NCBI GenBank assembly: GCA_030765645.1
Contig: JAVCCE010000063.1
Location: 137,626 to 201,625, forward strand
Length of the DNA stretch: 64,000 nt
Source of the DNA: Candidatus Hinthialibacter antarcticus
Lineage (GTDB): Bacteria > Hinthialibacterota > Hinthialibacteria > Hinthialibacterales > Hinthialibacteraceae
Direction of reading: 5' to 3'
In this document: piece after piece, positions 45,968-55,994 of the stretch
How positions within the stretch are numbered: the first letter of the stretch is position 1
Layout: every line of letters starts with the position of its first letter
Made by a program: the position numbers and the translations under genes
The notes under the pieces: generated by a model
Databases searched by the model: none
Told to the model about the DNA's origin: nothing
Seen by the model: only the letters and a program-made list of their open reading frames with translations

Positions 45968-47656
45968 ATGAACTTGACTCCACCCCCGATTGAATTTGAA
46001 CGCCAACAAATCGTTGACGCGCGAAAAAAAGGCCCGCTAAGCCTGTTTGGCGTGTATGCAAGGTTGTCCGGCCCCGGCTGGCTGCAAAGCGCGATGACCC
46101 TGGGCGGTGGTTCGCTCGCGAGCAGTTTGTATTTGGGCGTTTTGGGCGGTTTCAGTCTGCTGTGGCTGCAACCGATGGCGGTGTTTCTCGGCATCGTCAT
46201 GTTGGGGGCGATTGGTTACGTCACGCTCTCAATTGGCGAACGCCCCTTTGGCGCCATCAAAAACCATATCAACCCCGTCTTAGCCTGGGGATGGGCGCTG
46301 GCGGCGCTATTGGCCAACATGGTTTGGGCGATGCCGCAGTATTCACTTGCGAACGCCGTCGTCCAGCAAAACCTTTTGCCGAATGTATTCGGCGCGGAAG
46401 GGACGCTTGGCGACTTTTGGGGCAAGGTTGCGATTACGCTCTTTGTGTTGGTTGCGACAACCATGATTACATTTCTCTATGATAACAAAGGCTTCGGCGT
46501 AAAAGTCTATGAATGGATGCTGAAGGGCATGGTGGTGATGATCGTCGCCTGTTTCTTTGGCGTGGTGATGCGATTGACGTTTTCTGAAGAAGGCTTGGAT
46601 TGGAGCGGGGTACTAGCCGGATTCATCCCCACCTTCAACCATTTTTGGAAGCCAGACATCAGTTTTTCTCCGCTGCTCGATCAATTGAGCGAATCGGCCC
46701 GCGCCTATTGGAGCGCTGTCATCGTCAACAAACAACAAGACGTGATGGTCGCTGCGACCGCCAACGCAGTCGGCATCAACATGACTTTCCTTCTACCCTA
46801 CTCGATGCTTTCACGCGGGTGGGACAAGGATTTTCGCGGGCTTTCCATTTTTGATTTGTTTACAGGAATGATGATTCCATTCGTGGTGGTGACTGGTTTT
46901 GTCATTATCGCATCATCAAGCCAGTTTCACATGAAACCTGCACAAGGTCTGCTCGATAAGCAAGGCAACGTCATCGCCGATTCGAGCCACCGCCAGTTTG
47001 GTCAATATGACGATTTGTTAAAAGGCCGCTTGGCGCGGGTATCCGAATCAGAGGTACAGATCATCCCCGCCGAGCGCATGCTGGCCGCCACGTTAGTGAA
47101 ACGCGACGCCGCCGACTTATCACAGGCGCTCACCCCGCTCACTGGAGATACCGTCGCCAACTGGGTGTTTGGACTTGGCGTTCTGGGCATGACGCTCTCC
47201 TCGATCACGTTAATGATGTTGATTTCGGGCTTTGTTATTTGTGAAATTTTTAATTTCCCGCATGGCGGCTGGCAGCATCGGCTGGGCTGCATGGCAGCGG
47301 CGACCGGAACCTTGGGGCCGTTTATCTGGTCAGGCAAGACGCTGTTCTGGCTGGCAGTGCCGACTTCGGTATTTAACTATACATTGTTGCCACTGGCGTA
47401 CATCACCTTCTTTATTATGATGAACTCCAAGCGCTTGTTGGGTGAGAACATCCCGCGCGGCATGAACCGGGTGGTTTGGAACACGCTGATGGGAACAGCG
47501 ACTGTGTTAACAACCATCGGCGCTGTTTGGCAAGTTTCCGCTAAAGCGGGAATCTATGGAATCATTGCAATTATCGTATTCACAATTGTTGTCTTATTTG
47601 GATTCACATTACGCAAGCCGGAAAATTACAACTCAACGCCGAAGGTGAGCGAGTAA
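45968..47656 (+). CDS. NRAMP-fold (MntH-like) transporter with non-canonical substrate-site motifs
   Basis: GPGWLQSAMTLGGGSLASS aligns to Nramp TM1 GPGFLMSIAYIDPGN (DPGN replaced by GGGS); MTFLLPYSMLS aligns to TM6 MPHNLYLHSAL (MPH replaced by MTF); about 11-12 TM. Confidence 0.6.
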   Translation: MNLTPPPIEFERQQIVDARKKGPLSLFGVYARLSGPGWLQSAMTLGGGSLASSLYLGVLGGFSLLWLQPMAVFLGIVMLGAIGYVTLSIGERPFGAIKNHINPVLAWGWALAALLANMVWAMPQYSLANAVVQQNLLPNVFGAEGTLGDFWGKVAITLFVLVATTMITFLYDNKGFGVKVYEWMLKGMVVMIVACFFGVVMRLTFSEEGLDWSGVLAGFIPTFNHFWKPDISFSPLLDQLSESARAYWSAVIVNKQQDVMVAATANAVGINMTFLLPYSMLSRGWDKDFRGLSIFDLFTGMMIPFVVVTGFVIIASSSQFHMKPAQGLLDKQGNVIADSSHRQFGQYDDLLKGRLARVSESEVQIIPAERMLAATLVKRDAADLSQALTPLTGDTVANWVFGLGVLGMTLSSITLMMLISGFVICEIFNFPHGGWQHRLGCMAAATGTLGPFIWSGKTLFWLAVPTSVFNYTLLPLAYITFFIMMNSKRLLGENIPRGMNRVVWNTLMGTATVLTTIGAVWQVSAKAGIYGIIAIIVFTIVVLFGFTLRKPENYNSTPKVSE

Positions 47657-47672
47657 AGTAAATTAATGATTG

Positions 47673-47754
47673 ATCCCCCCTAGCCCAATGTCATTGACTT
47701 CAGGCTTTTAGCCCCCCTTAAAAAAGGGGGGTGGCGTCGAAGGCGCCGGGGGGA
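47673..47754. repeat. G/C-rich nested palindromic (REP-like) element, copy 2 (with about 30-nt internal insertion)
   Basis: GATCCCCCCtagcc...agCCCCCCttaaaaaaGGGGGGTGGCGtcgaagGCGCCGGGGGGAT; sits between convergent genes. Confidence 0.5.
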
Positions 47755-47779
47755 TTCATGTAGATCAGATATAATTTGA

Positions 47780-48145
47780 TTAATCTTCACCCAACGAATG
47801 CGTTGTGATGAGGTGCTCTTCAACAATGCGCCCGTTAATGAGGTGTTCTTGGATGATGCGCTCGAGTACATCCGGCGTGCAGGAGTGATACCACGCGCCC
47901 TCGGGGTACACCACCGCAATCGGGCCTTGCATACACACCCGCAAGCAGTTCGCCTTGGTGCGAAAAATGCCGCCGTCGCCCGTCAAATGTAATTCATCCA
48001 ATCGAGATTTTAGATAATTCCACGACTCCAGGCTAACGTCTTTTGCGCAGCATTTGGGTTTGGTTTGGTCGGCGCACAGAAAAATATGGCGTTGAATTTT
48101 GGGGATGCCTAGTTGTTCTATTTGTTTCTGTAAACAATCCGTCAT
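47780..48145 (-). CDS. Thioredoxin-like [2Fe-2S] ferredoxin-domain protein
   Basis: Cys pattern C...CC...C..C ([16 protein letters not shown] ... CLRVCMQGP), 121 aa. Confidence 0.55.
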   Translation of the reverse strand: MTDCLQKQIEQLGIPKIQRHIFLCADQTKPKCCAKDVSLESWNYLKSRLDELHLTGDGGIFRTKANCLRVCMQGPIAVVYPEGAWYHSCTPDVLERIIQEHLINGRIVEEHLITTHSLGED

Positions 48146-48264
48146 GGCGTTTCCTGTCCATTATTTTTTTGATTAAGTTTCTGTTCTGGACTTTTCGTTA
48201 ACCGCATCCAAGATAGACTAAATATAGGCATCTCAAACCGTTCGTCACCCGAGGCTTTCTCTGC

Positions 48265-49680
48265 ATGAAACACACTCTCTCTCTTATTGCATCTATTCTC
48301 GTTGCGCTGGTGGTACTTTTTCTTCCTGAATCCATGTTGCCATTCGCAGGCATCACCGTTATCGAACAGCGCGTGATGGCGCTATTTGTTCTCGCGGCCG
48401 TGTTTTGGATCGTGGAACCCATCCCCGTTTACGCGACCTCGGTGTTAATCATTGTTTTAGAACTATTGATGATTTCCGACAAGTCTCTGATCTTTTTCGC
48501 CGGTTCTAAAGACGACCCCTCGTTTGGAACTGCGCTGAGTCATAAAGCCATTATGGCGACCTTCGCCCATCCAATTATATTGCTTTTTCTCGGTGGGTTC
48601 TTTCTGGCGATGGCAACCAGTAAATATCGCCTTGACCTCAATTTGGCGCGAGTCATGTTAAAACCGTTTGGTAAAAATCCCAAGTTGATTCTATTGGGAT
48701 TGATGACGATTACGGCGATTTTTTCGATGTTTATGAGCAACACCGCCACCACCGCCATGATGTTCGCAATATTAACCCCGGTCTTGGGTGCATTTGAAGT
48801 TGATGATCGTGGGCGGATCGCCTACATACTCGGAATTCCCTTTGCCGCAAACATTGGCGGCATCGGCACTCCAATTGGTACGCCGCCGAACGCAATCGCG
48901 ATTCGCTATCTTACCGGAGACAATGCGATTTCGTTTGCGGGATGGATGGCGTTTGCCGTCCCGTTTGTTATTGTTATGCTGATTTTTGCTTGGGTGCTGT
49001 TACTGTGGTTTTTTCCGCCGAAGACCGACACGATTGAAGTCAAAATTAAGAGCAAGTTTCTGACTCATTGGCGCGCCATGACTCTGTACATTACATTTGC
49101 TGTTACCGTTTTGTTATGGGTTATTGGTTCCGCGTCGGGCATGAACTCGTATGTCATTGCGATGATTCCGGTGGCGGTTTTTTCGGTAACGCAGATTATT
49201 ACCAAAGAAGATTTAAAAAATCTCAGTTGGGACGTTCTCTGGCTGGTCGCAGGCGGTTTTGCTTTAGGCCTTGCGTTAGAAGATTCCGGCTTGTCGAAGC
49301 GGTTGATTGAGAGCATTCCCTTCGGCACATTTTCGCCTTATTTCATTGTGCTCACCTGTTCTGCTTTGACCTTGCTGATGGGCACATTCATGTCGCACAC
49401 CGCAACGGCGAACTTGCTCATGCCAGTTATTGTCGTGTTGGGGACGACGCTCTCATCGCTAGAACCGCTGGGCGGCGGCAAGATGTTGATCCTGACTTGC
49501 ACCTTTGCGGCGTCTCTTGCAATGGCGTTGCCAGTCAGTACGCCGCCGAATGCGATTGCGTACGCCAGCGGAATGGTCGATACCCGGCACATGATGAAAA
49601 CCGGAGTCATCATCAGCAGCGTTGGGCTGATTGGCGTATATGGATTGATGATTGTTCTTCGTATGGTAGGCGTTATTTAA
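48265..49680 (+). CDS. DASS/SLC13 family anion:sodium symporter
   Basis: Duplicated SNTATTAMM and TPPNAIA hairpin-loop motifs, about 12 TM. Confidence 0.85.
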   Translation: MKHTLSLIASILVALVVLFLPESMLPFAGITVIEQRVMALFVLAAVFWIVEPIPVYATSVLIIVLELLMISDKSLIFFAGSKDDPSFGTALSHKAIMATFAHPIILLFLGGFFLAMATSKYRLDLNLARVMLKPFGKNPKLILLGLMTITAIFSMFMSNTATTAMMFAILTPVLGAFEVDDRGRIAYILGIPFAANIGGIGTPIGTPPNAIAIRYLTGDNAISFAGWMAFAVPFVIVMLIFAWVLLLWFFPPKTDTIEVKIKSKFLTHWRAMTLYITFAVTVLLWVIGSASGMNSYVIAMIPVAVFSVTQIITKEDLKNLSWDVLWLVAGGFALGLALEDSGLSKRLIESIPFGTFSPYFIVLTCSALTLLMGTFMSHTATANLLMPVIVVLGTTLSSLEPLGGGKMLILTCTFAASLAMALPVSTPPNAIAYASGMVDTRHMMKTGVIISSVGLIGVYGLMIVLRMVGVI

Positions 49681-49683
49681 GAT

Positions 49684-51063
49684 ATGAATGACGTATTACA
49701 CGGAGCATATAATGATACGACAGCCAACTTGCAGTGGTTGAAGGAAACCTATTTTTCCGACTCGTCCCGCCGCTTGAAACTTAAAAAAGGGGACGTTTTG
49801 CTTCGTGAAGGCGACCACAACGACCGCTTGTTTTTAGTCATCTCTGGAATGCTTCGCGGCTCCACCAAAGATGACAGAGGCAACCCGTTTGAGATTTTAC
49901 GCGCGCGGAAAAATGCGTTTGTCGGCGGCCCGAGTTTCTTTTCCAAAAGTTATATCAGTCTGAGTACGGTGGTCGCCGAAGACGACTGTGAAGTCGCGTA
50001 TATTGAGGCGTCGCAGCCCGCCGTGTTTGACGGTCGAACCGACTCGCTGGCCGAACAGTTTTTGCCTCACATGATGTTAGAACTCATCCACCGTCAACAG
50101 CGCGTACACAAAATCGCTCTCGCAAATGAAAAAGCGTTGCGGGCTTTGATCCATTCAGAAAAAATGGTTTCGATGGGAAAAATCGCGGCGTGGATCGCCC
50201 ACGAACTCAACAACGCCGTCGCGGTGTTAAAGCGCAACTGCGATTGGTTGGGGCCGAATCTCGCGGAGATGTATAAAAAAGACGTGCAAGCGCCGTATCC
50301 ATTTTTTGAAAAAGGATGGAACGAAGGGCGGCGGCTCTCCAGCCGTGAAGCGCGCCAACGCACAAAGGAACTGAAGGCGCTCTATCACATCAACGACGTC
50401 GAAGCCCAGCGGTTGGCCCATACCGGAATGGATGACGACAGCCTTGCGCAATATAAACCCGAACTGATGAAACGCGCTGGAGAACTCGCGCACTACTGGG
50501 AAATCGGCGCGACGCTGAACGATATGAAATCGGCGGGCGAACACGCGATTCATGTGGTAAAATCCGTACGTGAATTGGGCGCGCAAAATTCCGACCGCGC
50601 CCCCGGATTGTTCATCGACGATTGCATCCGTGAAGTCGTGACCTTAATGGCCAGCCCGTTACGTAAAGTAAACGTGGAACTCGAATTGGGCGCCCCCAAG
50701 CCAGTGGTCGGCAACAAAGGCGAAATCGTACAAATCTTAATCAACCTGTTACAGAATTCCTGCGATAGTTTGTTTACCGCAAAAACGCCAAGCCCGTCGT
50801 TGCGTATCGGCTCATTCGACGAAGACAATTGCGTTAATTTATCCATCTCAGATAACGGCCCGGGAATTCCACCGGCCATTTTGCCGCATATTTTTGAGCC
50901 TCATCTCACCACCAAGACAGATGGTCAAACGACTGGCTTAGGATTAGGGCTTATGATTGTCGAACGCATCATTGATAGCTACGGCGGAAAAATTGACGTG
51001 AAAAGTAAACCCGGCGAAACGCTCTTTTTATTACAGATCCCAAGGGGGGGCGAAAATGTCTAA
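49684..51063 (+). CDS. Cyclic-nucleotide-binding-domain sensor histidine kinase (soluble)
   Basis: N-terminal CAP_ED-like beta-roll (GDVLLREGDHNDRLFLVISGMLRG), HisKA H-box AHELNNAV, HATPase DNGPGIP..GLGLGL. Confidence 0.8.
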   Translation: MNDVLHGAYNDTTANLQWLKETYFSDSSRRLKLKKGDVLLREGDHNDRLFLVISGMLRGSTKDDRGNPFEILRARKNAFVGGPSFFSKSYISLSTVVAEDDCEVAYIEASQPAVFDGRTDSLAEQFLPHMMLELIHRQQRVHKIALANEKALRALIHSEKMVSMGKIAAWIAHELNNAVAVLKRNCDWLGPNLAEMYKKDVQAPYPFFEKGWNEGRRLSSREARQRTKELKALYHINDVEAQRLAHTGMDDDSLAQYKPELMKRAGELAHYWEIGATLNDMKSAGEHAIHVVKSVRELGAQNSDRAPGLFIDDCIREVVTLMASPLRKVNVELELGAPKPVVGNKGEIVQILINLLQNSCDSLFTAKTPSPSLRIGSFDEDNCVNLSISDNGPGIPPAILPHIFEPHLTTKTDGQTTGLGLGLMIVERIIDSYGGKIDVKSKPGETLFLLQIPRGGENV

Positions 51064-51538
51064 ACCCACTATCGTACTTGTCGATGACCAGCGAGATGTA
51101 CTCACTACGGTTCTAAAGGATCTGGAAGAATTCAATGAGTATTTTGCTTTTGAATCGTGTGAATCAGCCGAAGAGGCGTTTGAAGTGCTGGAAGAAATTG
51201 ACGCAGCCGGCGGTGCGCCGGCGTTGATTGTTTGCGACCATATCATGCCCGAAAAAAATGGCGTGGAGCTCTTGGTCGAATTAAATAACGACCGCCGCTT
51301 TCGCGATACGCGCAAACTGCTGCTCACGGGGCTGGCGACCCATCAAGATACCATTATCGCCATCAACGCGGCGCGCATTGACCAATTCATCGAGAAGCCG
51401 TGGGAAAAAGACCAACTGGTCAACACCGTCAAACGCTTGGTAACCGAATACCTGCTTGAAAAGGGAATCGACTACAAACCATTTTTGCCGATTCTTGACC
51501 AAGAGGCGCTGTATCGTAAATTACGGATGGAAACCTGA
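51056..51538 (+). CDS. Stand-alone receiver-domain response regulator
   Basis: TIVLVDDQRDVL ... LIVCDHIMPEKNGVELL; 8-nt overlap with kinase gene. Confidence 0.8.
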   Translation: MSKPTIVLVDDQRDVLTTVLKDLEEFNEYFAFESCESAEEAFEVLEEIDAAGGAPALIVCDHIMPEKNGVELLVELNNDRRFRDTRKLLLTGLATHQDTIIAINAARIDQFIEKPWEKDQLVNTVKRLVTEYLLEKGIDYKPFLPILDQEALYRKLRMET

Positions 51539-51542
51539 TCGC

Positions 51543-52820
51543 CTATTGAGCGGCTGAATCAGGGACCGCCCAAGGCCATTGCGGGACCGGCGCCTTGGGT
51601 TTGTACGGCGTTTGCGCTTGACGAATGCCAATCGCGTCTTTGCCTTCCCAACGCACCAGCGTATCGTCTTCGCGCAGATAGCCGCGCGCGTCAATGTGGA
51701 CGTAGGGCGTTTGCACCACTTCGCCCCGTTCATAATAATCGTGGTGTGGATACGGCCCCGCGCCGCCGACCAGTTCGCTGCCTTGATCGCGCAGCGCCTT
51801 ATCGAGCGCGTCGGCTGACTTCATCATTTCTCGCGCATCATCCATGGTGACGCGCCCGTCCCCATTCAGGTCGTCTAAAACCAGGTTGTCGTCTTCGTCG
51901 ATGATAAAGTCGATGGCCAGCCCATACATGTGCATCGAAAACGGCGACTTGAGCGTCAATTCACCGTCGCGGTTGCGGCGCCCGATGTTATAGTCCGGGC
52001 TGCGGTATCCATAAAAGATTTTTAATTTTTTGACGGGATGCCCATCGGCGGCTAACTGTTGTTCGAACAAATCAATCTTACGTAAGATATAAGGATGGAT
52101 GGCGATGTAGCGCGGGTAATCCATCGACAAAAAACGCGGGTCCAGATCAAAATCGCCTAGCGTATAATTTTTAAAAACCTTGATGAAATAGGTTTCGCGG
52201 TCGATTTCATAAAATAGCTTGGGTTGAGAATAGGTCTCGGCGTTGTCTTTAATGCGTTGTTGTACGATGGCGTCTCCGATTAATTTTAAATGTTCGGGTT
52301 TCAGCGGGTCGGGATATTCGCCGACCACAAATCCATTCACGCGCCCGTTTTTGATTTCAGGAACGTAGTAGGGAACAATGCACACTTTCTCCGCAACGAA
52401 GGAGATTTTCAGTTCCTTCGGTTTTGAAAAAGCGAACAAGCCTTGTTTGGGCGGGGCGTATTTTATATCGCCTTCGACGCGAATGGTTTGCTTGCCGGGC
52501 GCGGGGTTTTTCCAAACGCAGACGTCGCCATTGGCTTCAAGCGTTCCTGAGGACGCGCTCCAACGCCATTCGCCGGGTTCGGGGATGTAATCTTTGGGCG
52601 GCGCCGGAGTCAAGTTCGTCTGGCAATGAAACTCCAATGGCAGATTATGGGTGGTGACCAACACTGCATCGCTTTGAAAGGGTTGGTTGGCGCATTGCAA
52701 ACGAGTTTCAACTGAATAACTCACGTCCTCTTGGGCGGCGCCCGGCGCGGTGTGCGCAAGAAATAAACAAAGCGAAATAATCGCAACGCTGCTGCATAAA
52801 AGAAAAATTCGTGATTTCAT
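51543..52820 (-). CDS. Secreted DUF882/peptidase M15A-like protein with Ca-binding (dockerin/EF-hand-like) loop
   Basis: Signal peptide MKSRIFLLCSSVAIISLCLFLAHTAPGAAQ; YGYRSPDYN...SMHMYGLAIDF motif; DDLNGDGRVTMDDAREM; ORF-track start 53063 is an upstream extension. Confidence 0.5.
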   Translation of the reverse strand: MKSRIFLLCSSVAIISLCLFLAHTAPGAAQEDVSYSVETRLQCANQPFQSDAVLVTTHNLPLEFHCQTNLTPAPPKDYIPEPGEWRWSASSGTLEANGDVCVWKNPAPGKQTIRVEGDIKYAPPKQGLFAFSKPKELKISFVAEKVCIVPYYVPEIKNGRVNGFVVGEYPDPLKPEHLKLIGDAIVQQRIKDNAETYSQPKLFYEIDRETYFIKVFKNYTLGDFDLDPRFLSMDYPRYIAIHPYILRKIDLFEQQLAADGHPVKKLKIFYGYRSPDYNIGRRNRDGELTLKSPFSMHMYGLAIDFIIDEDDNLVLDDLNGDGRVTMDDAREMMKSADALDKALRDQGSELVGGAGPYPHHDYYERGEVVQTPYVHIDARGYLREDDTLVRWEGKDAIGIRQAQTPYKPKAPVPQWPWAVPDSAAQ

Positions 52821-52927
52821 AAGCCTCAACCAGTAAATGAATTGACTTGCTTGACTTGATTCGGTTCGCTTGCATAGTATCACGAGAGTTGTTGTTTCAG
52901 ACAAGAGTGAATTGAGGGGAAACTCGT

Positions 52928-53917
52928 ATGCCGTGGGCTGATGCGCCGTGTCGTGAAACTGTGCGAAAGATGATTGTCCGCTCCTCAGAGAAGGACATGC
53001 TTTCCGGGTCGCATTTGATCTACGGCCCGCCGGGCGCGGGGCAGTATGAAGTCGGTCGCGCATTGGCGATGACGCTGCTGTGTCCTGAAGTGGAAAACGA
53101 TTTTTGCGGCGCGTGTTCGGTCTGTCAGCGCATTCTCGCCAAAACCCATCCCGATTATATTGAACTTCGCCCCGAAGACGATTGGGAAAAGCCCGAGCGC
53201 AAAGGCCGCGACTATTCCGTCGGGCACATGCGTCTGGTGATGGAGTTCGCCCGTCTTGAGCCGCATGAGGGCGAGCGCAAAATCTTTCTCGCGCACGATG
53301 CGCACCGCATGACGATTGCGGCGGCGAACAGTTTGTTGAAACTGCTTGAGGAACCTCACGCCCGGCTGCTGTTTATTTTATTAAGCGACAACGAATCCGC
53401 TGTCTTGCCGACGATCCGTTCGCGCTGCCGTCGAATTCGTCTCGCGCCTTTAGAAGCGCAGGGGCTGATTGATCGTCTCGAAGGCGTGTCAAAATCCGAA
53501 GCCGAAACCATCGCGCGCGCTGCAGGCGGATTGCCCGAAAAAGCCCAGTCGCTCATTGAGGGAGAGTATCTGCAAGAGCGCGATGAGATTCTCAAAATAT
53601 TGCAAAGCGTTTTGAAACATGAGGCCGCTGTCACCGAAGCGGCGGATTGGCTCGCCAAAGACCGTGAGCGAATGCGCGACCGCTTGCATATTCTCGCGGG
53701 TTTGTTGCGCGACGCTTCGCTGGCCGCCTGTGGCGCGGACGGCCCTTACGTAAATCCCGACCGCCTCGACGTCATCCAAAAAGAGAGCAAGGCCGCTTCG
53801 CCGGAAGGATGGATGATCAAAGCCGAGTCGGTGTTGGATTCAATCGAAGGTCTCGACCGTAATTGGAATCCATCGCTTTTATTCGCAAAACTTTTTTTAG
53901 AAATTCGTAACGGATAG
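52928..53917 (+). CDS. holB: DNA polymerase III delta-prime subunit HolB
   Basis: LIYGPPGAGQ P-loop-like, Zn-module C..C...C..C (CPEVENDFCGACSVCQRI), SRC motif TIRSRCRRIRL. Confidence 0.8.
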   Translation: MPWADAPCRETVRKMIVRSSEKDMLSGSHLIYGPPGAGQYEVGRALAMTLLCPEVENDFCGACSVCQRILAKTHPDYIELRPEDDWEKPERKGRDYSVGHMRLVMEFARLEPHEGERKIFLAHDAHRMTIAAANSLLKLLEEPHARLLFILLSDNESAVLPTIRSRCRRIRLAPLEAQGLIDRLEGVSKSEAETIARAAGGLPEKAQSLIEGEYLQERDEILKILQSVLKHEAAVTEAADWLAKDRERMRDRLHILAGLLRDASLAACGADGPYVNPDRLDVIQKESKAASPEGWMIKAESVLDSIEGLDRNWNPSLLFAKLFLEIRNG

Positions 53918-54015
53918 TCTGCTCCACTAGCCCGACCGCTGGGGTTTGGGTTTATAATGCATGAATTCTGTATGGCTGTTAAGAAATTCAATTCACGCGA
54001 AGCAAGGAGTCTGTA

Positions 54016-55239
54016 ATGAGCGTTAGTATATGGATTCGTCTCAGTTTTATGATGATGTTGCAATATTGGGTATGGGGCGCCTGGTATTCGTACCTGCCAA
54101 TTTACATGGACGACACGCTCAATTTTACGGCTTTTCAGGGCGGCGTGATGATGAGCATGTTATATTTCGCCTCCATGATTGCTCCATTCATTGGCGGTCA
54201 GATTGCCGACCGTTACATGGCAAGTGAACGCTTCCTGGGCATTTCACAAATACTCGGCGGCGTCATGATGATCTTACTCGCCGGGCAAACCGAATACTGG
54301 CCGTTTCTGATTTTAATGTTTATGTGGTCGATGTTTTATGCGCCGACCATCCCGCTGACGAACGTCATTTGTTTTCAGAACCTGAAAAATGTGGAACGGG
54401 ATTTCGGCTGGATTCGAATCTGGGGGACCATCGGTTGGATTCTGTCAGGCTTTGCATTGACCTATTGGCTCCGACTGAATCCTGACGGCTCCAATTGTAT
54501 GAAGCTCGCTGGCTATGCGGGCGTTGTGTACGGCGTGTTTAGTTTCTGCCTCCCACATACGCCGCCGAAAAAAGAAGCGGGAAAACCCTTCGCCTTTTTA
54601 GAAGCGCTTAAATTGTTGAAGAACCCGACCTTCTTAACATTTATGATTATTTCGTTCGTGGTCGCGACCGAATTGCAGTTCTACTATTACCTGACAGGCC
54701 CGTTCCTCGCGGATTTAGGCATGAAGACGGAAGACATCCCTGCATGGATGACGTTGGCGCAAATTGCGGAAATCGTTTCGCTGATTGTCTTATTGCCGTA
54801 TGTGCTTCCACGGGCGGGAATCAAAATGTCCATCGCGATTGGCATCATCGCCTGGCCTGTTCGTTATATTATCTTTGCGATGGGCGGCCCCTTGTGGTTA
54901 ATCATCGCTTCGTTGCCGCTGCATGGATTGTGTTATGTGTTCTTCTTTATTGTTGGACAGATTTATGTAGACAAGGCGTCTCCAAAAGGAATTCGCAACT
55001 CCGCACAAGCGCTGCTGACCTTTGTGACGTTTGGTATGGGCATGACCTTAGGCGGCGTCTTTGCGGGATGGATTCGCTCAATCTTTACTTCTCCTGGAAT
55101 TGATGGGGGCGATCCGATTGTTAACTGGACGTATGTATTTATCGTTCCGATTGTATTGACGGTATTATGTGCGCTTACATTTCTTGTGGTCTTTCGTGAG
55201 CCGGAAATCGAAGACGAGCCGGAAGCCGCGCAAGCCTAA
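54016..55239 (+). CDS. MFS transporter, nucleoside:H+ symporter (NHS) family-like
   Basis: 12 TM, N-terminal LQYWVWGAWYSYLPIYM...IAPFIGGQIADRY resembles NupG/XapB. Confidence 0.6.
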   Translation: MSVSIWIRLSFMMMLQYWVWGAWYSYLPIYMDDTLNFTAFQGGVMMSMLYFASMIAPFIGGQIADRYMASERFLGISQILGGVMMILLAGQTEYWPFLILMFMWSMFYAPTIPLTNVICFQNLKNVERDFGWIRIWGTIGWILSGFALTYWLRLNPDGSNCMKLAGYAGVVYGVFSFCLPHTPPKKEAGKPFAFLEALKLLKNPTFLTFMIISFVVATELQFYYYLTGPFLADLGMKTEDIPAWMTLAQIAEIVSLIVLLPYVLPRAGIKMSIAIGIIAWPVRYIIFAMGGPLWLIIASLPLHGLCYVFFFIVGQIYVDKASPKGIRNSAQALLTFVTFGMGMTLGGVFAGWIRSIFTSPGIDGGDPIVNWTYVFIVPIVLTVLCALTFLVVFREPEIEDEPEAAQA

Positions 55240-55339
55240 CGCCGTAAAGATAGAGATTCCAATGCGGGGCCTTCTTATGCTACAATCAGTGTAATATGAG
55301 ATTGGCTGAGAGGGCCCCCAAATTTGGAGTAACAAGTTC

Positions 55340-55987
55340 ATGACAAAACTTCACCCTGCCAAAGCGCTGGTTGTATCGCGGCGCGCGTTCGGGTTGGCGG
55401 TCGGCGGCGCGGTGTTTTCCGGCTGTAACGTGACCATTCCAAACCCTGACATCCTGACCCCGCGCGATTCGTTTTTAAACGCTCCTACGATGATTGATTC
55501 GCGGCGGGAATTTGGTTACCTGGGCACCTATTCGATTTTTGTTCCTGCAACGACCAATATTTTTCTGGCTGGCGCGGAAGACGGCGTCGTGTTAGAAAGC
55601 CCGGACGGGCACATGCAGGATATCGCGCCGGAGAACAGCCCGATCGAAGCGCTGCAAAATATAATTCACGGCGGCGAGACCTTAGACATTTACGCGAGCG
55701 GGGTCGCCCGCCATATCCCCAATCGAAATGTTGAATTTGGCCCCGGTGGTTGGTCTACGCAGATTGAGGCGGGGCCAGAACGTAATATTAATGCGATTCA
55801 GGCGCCGATTGGCGCGCTGATTGGTTTGTTTAATAACAGCCGGACGCCATTTTTGGTTGGACAGCGCCGTCAAGTTGTGGTTCCGCGCTCGACGCGTTCG
55901 CTCTATTTGGCGCTGATGGATTTCCCTGGCGCCTCATCGAATAACCAGTTGGGCTACCAGGTCTCGATTGAAGTCATCCGCCGGTAG
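55340..55987 (+). CDS. Hypothetical lipoprotein/secreted protein
   Basis: Signal with lipobox-like ...AVFSGCN; TGCTACAAT extended -10 upstream. Confidence 0.4.
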   Translation: MTKLHPAKALVVSRRAFGLAVGGAVFSGCNVTIPNPDILTPRDSFLNAPTMIDSRREFGYLGTYSIFVPATTNIFLAGAEDGVVLESPDGHMQDIAPENSPIEALQNIIHGGETLDIYASGVARHIPNRNVEFGPGGWSTQIEAGPERNINAIQAPIGALIGLFNNSRTPFLVGQRRQVVVPRSTRSLYLALMDFPGASSNNQLGYQVSIEVIRR

Positions 55988-55994
55988 TGTTTCC

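Noticed and set aside
53356-54063. 100-105-aa minus-strand ORFs overlapping the holB 3' end and the MFS gene 5' region
   Set aside because: They are antisense to well-supported genes and have no independent signals.
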